A stretch of 64,000 nucleotides of DNA from Bacillota bacterium (GTDB lineage Bacteria > Bacillota > Bacilli > Bacillales > Amphibacillaceae): NCBI GenBank assembly GCA_035301265.1, contig DATGUP010000013.1, forward strand, positions 1,803 through 65,802, given 5' to 3'. The notes beneath the pieces were generated by a model. That model saw only the letters and a program-made list of their open reading frames with translations, did not search any database and had not been told where the DNA came from. The first letter of the stretch is position 1. Each line of letters starts with the position of its first letter. Shown one piece after another: positions 58,463-64,000 of the stretch. A program made the position numbers and the translations under genes.

Positions 58463-59467
58463 ATGAATGAAAACATATTACAAGTAAAGGCGTTGACGAA
58501 GCATTTTGATATCGGGCGTGGGCAAAGATTGCAGGCGGTCAATCATGTAACATTCGATGTCCGTGTTGGAGAGACATTCGGACTTGTCGGTGAATCTGGC
58601 TGCGGTAAGTCAACGATCGGTCGCACGGTCATGGGCCTTTATGACAAAACTGATGGCGATGTATTTTACAATGGGCAAAATGTCCATGACATGAGTGCTG
58701 AGGAAACATTTCAGTTCCGTCGCACGATGCAGATGATTTTTCAAGATCCGTATGCCTCACTCAATCCTCGTTCGACAGTAAAAGAAATCATCGCCGAACC
58801 GATGGAAGTTCATCGGATGTATACCGATAAAAAGGCACAGCTCAATCGTGTTTATCAGCTGCTTGAAGAAGTCGGTTTAAACCGTGATCATGCCAATCGC
58901 TATCCCCATGAATTTAGTGGTGGCCAAAGGCAGCGGATCGGCATTGCTCGGGCCTTGGCGCTTGATCCTGAATTTATTATTGCCGATGAGCCCATTTCCG
59001 CACTTGACGTTTCCGTCCAAGCCCAAGTAGTGAATTTATTGAAACGTCTACAACAGGACAAAGGATTAACGTTTTTGTTTATCGCTCATGATTTGTCGAT
59101 GGTGAAACATATTTCCGATCGGATAGGTGTCATGTATTTAGGAAATCTCGTTGAACTAACAAGCAGCGCACAGCTATACGATAATCCGCTCCATCCATAT
59201 ACACAAGCGTTGTTGTCAGCCATCCCTATCCCCGATCCGGATGTTGAGGAAAAACGTGAGCGGATCATTCTCCAAGGCGATTTGCCGAGCCCGATCAATC
59301 CGCCAAGCGGTTGCGTCTTTCGCACGCGTTGCCCGTTAGCTATGGAAGTTTGTGCTCAAGAAAAACCGGCTTGGCAAGAAATCGAGCGACACCATTATGT
59401 CGCCTGCCATCTTTACAATAAGAAAACAATAAAAACAGAGCAGATGTTGAACATACATATAAGATAA
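58463..59467 (+). CDS. Oligopeptide ABC transporter ATP-binding protein (OppF type)
   Basis: Walker [10 protein letters not shown], signature FSGGQRQR, Walker [13 protein letters not shown]. Confidence 0.94.
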   Translation: MNENILQVKALTKHFDIGRGQRLQAVNHVTFDVRVGETFGLVGESGCGKSTIGRTVMGLYDKTDGDVFYNGQNVHDMSAEETFQFRRTMQMIFQDPYASLNPRSTVKEIIAEPMEVHRMYTDKKAQLNRVYQLLEEVGLNRDHANRYPHEFSGGQRQRIGIARALALDPEFIIADEPISALDVSVQAQVVNLLKRLQQDKGLTFLFIAHDLSMVKHISDRIGVMYLGNLVELTSSAQLYDNPLHPYTQALLSAIPIPDPDVEEKRERIILQGDLPSPINPPSGCVFRTRCPLAMEVCAQEKPAWQEIERHHYVACHLYNKKTIKTEQMLNIHIR

Positions 59468-59576
59468 TGTCCTACATTTTTTCAGTTCTATTTTTTCCTC
59501 CCACTGTATAAAAGTAATAGTAGGGATGCTAGAATACAGCGAAAACTGTAGCAAATTTGATACAGGGAGGTAGTTT

Positions 59577-60719
59577 ATGTTTGGAAAAAAGTTTAACCAA
59601 CGCTACAACACGATTCCCAAGATTCGGAAACAGAAAAAGAAAAATCGGTTCTATGTTTCGAAAAGTAAAATCGGCCAAAAACGCATCTTGCACTCGAATA
59701 AACGCCCACCATGGCAATGGCCTGCCTTTTTGTTTGTTGCCATATTCGTCGCTGTTATTCTTGTCATCCCCGCGTTAATCGTTGTTCCGTTTATTCAAGA
59801 TGATTCCGCAGAAAGCGTCACTGCTGAAACCGATCCGGTCTCTGTGGAATTGCAGGAAGGAGATTCTCCGTTTTCTGTTGCGGTCTTGCGGTCGCAAACA
59901 GACAAAATCGAGGATGTGCCGCTGGAAGAATATGTCTCAGGCGTGGTCGCGGCGGAGATGCCTGCTGATTTTGAAATCGAAGCGTTGAAGGCGCAAGCTC
60001 TCGCTGCCCGGACCTATATTGTGAATCATCTTCTTTATCAAGACGAATCAGGAGAAGATGATGTGACAGATACTGTTAGGCACCAAGTGTACAAAAATGA
60101 AGAAGAATTGCGCAAGCAGTGGGGGAGTGACTACACTTGGAAAATGCGCCGGATTAACGAAGCAGTCGCAGCCACCAAAGGGGAGATTCTCACTTATGAC
60201 GATACGACGATTACACCGGCTTTTTTCTCAACGAGTAATGGCTATACCGAAAATGCCGCTGATTACTGGGAGAATGACTTACCGTATTTAAAAAGCGTTG
60301 AAAGCCCGTGGGATGAATCCTCGCCGAAATTTCTCGATCAGCAAGTTGTCACATTAGAAGAGGTCGAGCAAGCTTTAGGCATTTCTCTGCCTCGGGACGA
60401 ATCGATCTCAGCTGATATAACTCGAACCGACAGCGACCGAGTGAAACAATTACAGCTGGCCGGTGAGACATTTTCCGGTCGGGATGTTAGGGAAAGCCTT
60501 GATCTACCATCGACCGATTTTACTATTGAACAAAAAGACCATCATTTGATTTTTACGACGAAAGGTTTTGGCCATGGTATCGGCATGAGCCAGTACGGGG
60601 CAAACGGCATGGCTAAAGAAGGAAAAACATATCAGGAGATTGTCACGCATTATTATCAAGGAGTGGAAATTAGCGAGGTTGCTGATACCGCACCAACCCT
60701 TGTCGCACAGGAGGGCTAA
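59577..60719 (+). CDS. spoIID: Stage II sporulation protein D (lytic transglycosylase)
   Basis: 380 aa with a basic N-terminus and TM anchor, then the SpoIID domain (LEEYVSGVVAAEMPADFEIEALKAQALAARTY, FFSTSNGYTENA, GHGIGMSQYGA). Confidence 0.9.
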   Translation: MFGKKFNQRYNTIPKIRKQKKKNRFYVSKSKIGQKRILHSNKRPPWQWPAFLFVAIFVAVILVIPALIVVPFIQDDSAESVTAETDPVSVELQEGDSPFSVAVLRSQTDKIEDVPLEEYVSGVVAAEMPADFEIEALKAQALAARTYIVNHLLYQDESGEDDVTDTVRHQVYKNEEELRKQWGSDYTWKMRRINEAVAATKGEILTYDDTTITPAFFSTSNGYTENAADYWENDLPYLKSVESPWDESSPKFLDQQVVTLEEVEQALGISLPRDESISADITRTDSDRVKQLQLAGETFSGRDVRESLDLPSTDFTIEQKDHHLIFTTKGFGHGIGMSQYGANGMAKEGKTYQEIVTHYYQGVEISEVADTAPTLVAQEG

Positions 60720-60895
60720 AGCAGATATGTATGCACCCGGGGTGTTCGCATCCCGGGATTTTTAGTTCTACACTTAGCGCAGGCTACTTAGCTTGCCCAG
60801 ATTTTTGTTAAAAAATGCACAAAATCGTGAAAAATGCACCTCATCATGTATAGATCTTATTTTTTCTGATCAGACTGGTTGATGAGGTGATAATA

Positions 60896-61732
60896 ATGAA
60901 AGAAGAACAAAACGGGACTCCGAAAAATAAATGGAGTCGCTTATTCCGCAAAAAGTGGTTTTTTCCGGCGGTATATTTAGTTGTCGCTACCCTTTTGCTG
61001 GTCGGGGTTGTATGGTATCAAAACTTGGATCATCAGATGCCCGATATGGCGGATGACCATGACGAGTTGACCGATACCTACACGCCAAACCCGTTTGATG
61101 AGGAAGCCGAACCTGTTGTTGATCAGGATGAAGTCGTCAAAATGCCTGTCGAAGATCAGGAGCAAACAGAAATCGTAACTAAATTTTATGATTACAACGC
61201 AGATGAAGAAGACCAAAAAGACGCATTGGTCTTTCATAACAATCGCTACCATCAAAGTACAGGTATTGACATTGCAGCTGAAGACGGCGAACCTTTTGAT
61301 GTCACAGCCAGCTTAAGTGGAACGGTCGAAGAGGTAAAAGAGGATCCGTTGCTTGGAAATGTTGTTACATTATCACATGGCAACGACGTGTTGACGTACT
61401 ACGCAAGCCTCGATGACATTGCTGTAGAAACAGGCCAGGAAGTTGAACAAGGCGATACTCTTGGAAGTGCAGGCAAAAATCTTTTCGGCAAGGATAATGG
61501 CAATCACGTCCACTTTGAAATCCGAAAAGAAGGGAAAGAATACAACCCGGAAACATTTTTCAACAAGCCGGTAAGCGACATCGGTGCAGAATCGGACGAA
61601 GAGGCAACAGAAGAATCTGATGGTGGTGCTGATGATGAACAAGAAGAAGAGATGCCCGAAAATGATAGGTTAGAAGATGAAGATACCGACACGCCAGATG
61701 ATGTTGAAGATGGTGAAACTGACGAAGATTAA
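60896..61732 (+). CDS. spoIIQ: Stage II sporulation protein Q (degenerate LytM/M23 domain, acidic C-terminal tail)
   Basis: ATG 60896 after GAGGTG. It has a TM anchor and an M23-like domain in which Ser replaces the first His (QSTGIDIA), as I recall for B. subtilis SpoIIQ. NHVHFEIRKEG is retained. Confidence 0.85.
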   Translation: MKEEQNGTPKNKWSRLFRKKWFFPAVYLVVATLLLVGVVWYQNLDHQMPDMADDHDELTDTYTPNPFDEEAEPVVDQDEVVKMPVEDQEQTEIVTKFYDYNADEEDQKDALVFHNNRYHQSTGIDIAAEDGEPFDVTASLSGTVEEVKEDPLLGNVVTLSHGNDVLTYYASLDDIAVETGQEVEQGDTLGSAGKNLFGKDNGNHVHFEIRKEGKEYNPETFFNKPVSDIGAESDEEATEESDGGADDEQEEEMPENDRLEDEDTDTPDDVEDGETDED

Positions 61733-61757
61733 GCAAGAAGATAAATGTGAAATAGCT

Positions 61758-61789
61758 ACTCCAGTACATGTTGCTGGAGTTATTTTTTT
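61758..61789 (+). terminator. Intrinsic terminator after spoIIQ (ACTCCAG-9 nt-CTGGAGT + T-rich run)
   Basis: Read directly. Confidence 0.8.
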
Positions 61790-61940
61790 GTGCGATCGTT
61801 GTGCAAAAAGTGTCGAACGAAAAGGGGCTGATTTCTATTAAATCTATGTTATGATGTACTACGTAAAAGCCTTTTTCAGAAAATAAACAAACGAGTGAAA
61901 GCGATTATTTGATATAAAAATTTGAAAGGAGACGTCTGTC

Positions 61941-62963
61941 ATGGATTTTTCGAGACCCCATATAGGAACCCGTTCCATGCCTATTAAAAGTGGCATGTCT
62001 TTAGAGCATTTGTTGCGAATGCTTTCACAACAACATTCCGATGCATCGACGCGGGAGTTAATCCGAAAGTATTGCCTAGAGACAACCTCAGATGAGATGC
62101 AGAAAAAAGGGATGGAATTTCTATATATACACGGTTTTCTTTCCGATCTCGAGCAGCTGATTGAAAAAAATCGCACATCCGCTGATACGTCGAAGCAACA
62201 ATGGGCAGTGGCTTACCGGCTTGTGATAGATTCCAGAAAGGAAAACATCCCGCCTATAGACATTTTAAGGCGCGCCCGTAATATCAAAACGCATGAACCA
62301 GAGCTGAAGTGTGTCGTCGAGTTCGTCAAAAATACCGCTTACTTTCGACTCAATGATTACGGCAGTATGGGCAATTTTTTACATAGATTGCAACAATTAT
62401 TCGATCAGATTGATGACCGGCTGATCGTATCCTACTTTAAAATCCGGTTGTATCAAAATTTGTTTATCTATTATTGGATGCGAAATGAATTGATCATCGC
62501 CAGAAAATACGCTTTCCGCGCTTTGAACAAGACGCCGAATCCGATGACGAAAGTGAATATTCATATTAATCTCGGTTTGACATACACGTTTGATACGTTT
62601 CATCAAGGGATGTATCACATGTCGGAAGCACTTAAATTGTCTCAAACCCACCGTTATGATGATCAGATTTATCGGATAAAGCATCGGAACATTCCTTTTT
62701 TAGCGGCCGTGTTCAAGCAAACTGAGAACATGACAACCGATGATAAAAGCGAACAAGCTCATTTAGCCATTGCACGAGGGGATTTGCCAAGAGCACGCGC
62801 CCTATTAGATGAGATTCCGATTGATTCACCGTTTCGTCTTTACTATTTAGGTTTAGCTCAACAAAACAGGGATATTCTTACCCAAGCTTATAACCAGTTT
62901 ATTGAAAAAAGAAGCGACTTTTTTTTCAGCCGTTTACCATTAAAAGCTTTAAGCAAACTGTAG
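61941..62963 (+). CDS. AimR-family (arbitrium-type) TPR peptide receptor homologue with a short N-terminus
   Basis: 340 aa, SD AAAGGAG, with an in-frame TGA just upstream. By eye it is collinear with my recollection of SPbeta/phi3T AimR: ELIRKYCLE vs ELMKDYCLN, NIKTHE vs NIKTPE, SEQAH vs QEQAH, LYYLGLAQQN vs HYYLKGRLEQN, and C-terminal SDFFFSRLPLKALSKL vs NDKFLIRLPLLELQKM. Confidence 0.55.
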   Translation: MDFSRPHIGTRSMPIKSGMSLEHLLRMLSQQHSDASTRELIRKYCLETTSDEMQKKGMEFLYIHGFLSDLEQLIEKNRTSADTSKQQWAVAYRLVIDSRKENIPPIDILRRARNIKTHEPELKCVVEFVKNTAYFRLNDYGSMGNFLHRLQQLFDQIDDRLIVSYFKIRLYQNLFIYYWMRNELIIARKYAFRALNKTPNPMTKVNIHINLGLTYTFDTFHQGMYHMSEALKLSQTHRYDDQIYRIKHRNIPFLAAVFKQTENMTTDDKSEQAHLAIARGDLPRARALLDEIPIDSPFRLYYLGLAQQNRDILTQAYNQFIEKRSDFFFSRLPLKALSKL

Positions 62964-63015
62964 GAGCTGCAGCTACCTGAGCAGTCGTTTAACGTTTTTG
63001 AAAGGGGGGAGAATC

Positions 63016-63093
63016 ATGAGTCACTTCTTATTCAAACTTTTCTTCAGCTTTCCACAAGCTCAATTGGATCCAGAGCTCGGCGATATCGATTAA
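63016..63093 (+). CDS. 25-aa peptide ORF directly downstream of the AimR-like gene (candidate signalling pro-peptide)
   Basis: ATG 63016 lies 6 nt after the strong SD AAAGGGGGGAG. The product is MSHFLFKLFFSFPQAQLDPELGDID: a hydrophobic N-half, a PQA-Q junction and an acidic C-half. A terminator follows immediately. Confidence 0.5.
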   Translation: MSHFLFKLFFSFPQAQLDPELGDID

Positions 63094-63102
63094 CGAGCGA
63101 TG

Positions 63103-63137
63103 AAAGAAGGCTGCTCGGTTATGGGCAGTCTTCTTTT
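63103..63137 (+). terminator. Intrinsic terminator after the peptide ORF (AAAGAAGGCTGC-10 nt-GCAGTCTTCTTT)
   Basis: 12-bp stem with one G.U pair and a T-rich 3' side. Confidence 0.7.
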
Positions 63138-63366
63138 GTGCACATTCAAAACACGGCAAGAGCTCCCCTTCAGCCGCTGCTTTCGCGGTGTTACATATAT
63201 CCATTAACCTCTCGCATTTGCATCGACCGTTGTTTTATTCACGATGTGTCCCTTCAATTAAATATAACCCGTCCTTATTCGCAAAAGTCTAAATTTAAGC
63301 ATATTCCCCTGCCCCTAATAATAAAATGTTACAAACCAAGCAATCAGACATCTGAGGTGAGCACTT

Positions 63367-63444
63367 ATGTGGCTTTTTATCAAGGCAGGTCAACCGAATA
63401 TCATTTCCGAACATAAGAAAGCTTTTGTACATAACGGTTATTAA
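63367..63444 (+). other. Second 25-aa ORF with a strong SD in the ORF-poor region (MWLFIKAGQPNIISEHKKAFVHNGY)
   Basis: GAGGTGA lies 6 nt before ATG 63367. I recognised no homology. Confidence 0.3.
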
Positions 63445-63664
63445 AACTTTCAACTGTTAGTAACAACACCATGACTTTATTGAAACATAACTACTGCAAT
63501 GCATGCCTATGATGGGGCATACGTTTAAACCTACATCATGAAAATAAATGAACATCTTCCCAATTCCTCACGATACCATCCGAATAATCGCAAGCCGCAT
63601 GGTACATGTATCACCTTGTCTCGATTCACACCTTAAAATATTCCAGCTTAGGGAGGCGAATGGT

Positions 63665-63946
63665 GTGCACGATTACATCAAAGAAAGGACAATCAGGATC
63701 GGGAAACATGTCGTGGAGACGAGGAAAACCGTCCGTACGATCGCGAAAGAATTCGGCGTTTCCAAAAGTACCGTCCACAAAGATTTAACCGAGCGCTTGC
63801 CGGAAATCAACCCGGAGCTGTATCAAGAAGTAAAGAAGGTCCTCGAATACCACAAATCGATCCGCCATCTTCGCGGAGGAGAAGCAACGCGTAAAAAATA
63901 CCGCTTGAAAACGGTCAAAGCCAAGTCGGCTAAACCAGTCGGATAA
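63665..63946 (+). CDS. spoIIID: Stage III sporulation protein D (mother-cell transcription factor)
   Basis: GTG start at 63665 after AGGGAGG. The 93-aa product (VHDYIKERTIRIGKHVVETRKTVRTIAKEFGVSKSTVHKDLTERLPEINPELYQEVKKVLEYHKSIRHLRGGEATRKKY) is nearly identical in pattern and length to B. subtilis SpoIIID. Confidence 0.93.
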   Translation: MHDYIKERTIRIGKHVVETRKTVRTIAKEFGVSKSTVHKDLTERLPEINPELYQEVKKVLEYHKSIRHLRGGEATRKKYRLKTVKAKSAKPVG

Positions 63947-64000
63947 GGATGCTATCAAAAGCCTAATGATTCAGTATACAATGAGGTGATGGATGAAACA

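Noticed and set aside
63138-63416. 92-aa ORF (GTG start) in the ORF-poor region
   Set aside because: It has no SD and begins inside the terminator. Its sequence is not protein-like, and it overlaps the better-supported small ORF in another frame.
63548-63664. In-frame 39-codon N-terminal extension of spoIIID (track ORF 63548..63946)
   Set aside because: SpoIIID is a conserved 93-aa protein starting at (M/V)HDYIKER. A GTG with a strong SD (AGGGAGG) sits exactly there, whereas ATG 63548 has no SD.

Overview
This is a Bacillaceae (Bacillus/Geobacillus-like) chromosomal segment of mid-40s % GC by eye. It is almost entirely core genome and syntenic with the B. subtilis argS...spoIIID region. The order is: PBP (partial), ywiB, argS; a decayed methyltransferase; a fatty-acid/branched acyl-CoA cluster (fadF-like Fe-S reductase, thiolase, hbd, two acyl-CoA dehydrogenases, MeaB, TetR, fused IcmF mutase); a small reverse operon (frameshifted ArsR, VOC, GNAT); then rpoE, pyrG, spo0F, fbaA, tal, murAB, glpX, rho, rpmE, tdk, prfA, prmC, spoIIR, ywlB-like, tsaC(ywlC), mntP, ywlE, an MCP, rpiB, glyA, upp, mnaA, an S8 protease, atpIBEFHAGDC, a YibE/F pair (reverse), ywzB, ywmB, murAA, an Opp-type peptide ABC transporter with an embedded LD-carboxypeptidase, spoIID, spoIIQ, an AimR-like receptor with a 25-aa peptide gene, and spoIIID. 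I found no rRNA, tRNA, CRISPR array, transposase or integrase. The most unusual items are as follows. (1) An arbitrium-type (AimR-family) receptor, a short peptide ORF and a roughly 570-bp ORF-poor region sit between the core sporulation genes spoIIQ and spoIIID, with no phage context. (2) A 17-nt identical operator-like sequence (core palindrome GAATGATCATTC) occurs at the fadF promoter and abuts the pyrG -35, with partial copies elsewhere. (3) Three perfect DnaA boxes lie upstream of tsaC/ywlC. (4) A roughly 160-bp structured insert flanked by 12-bp direct repeats lies inside the thiolase-hbd spacer. (5) The pyrG reiterative-transcription attenuator is clearly recognisable. All protein family calls come from reading the translations, motifs and synteny by eye; no database search was run.
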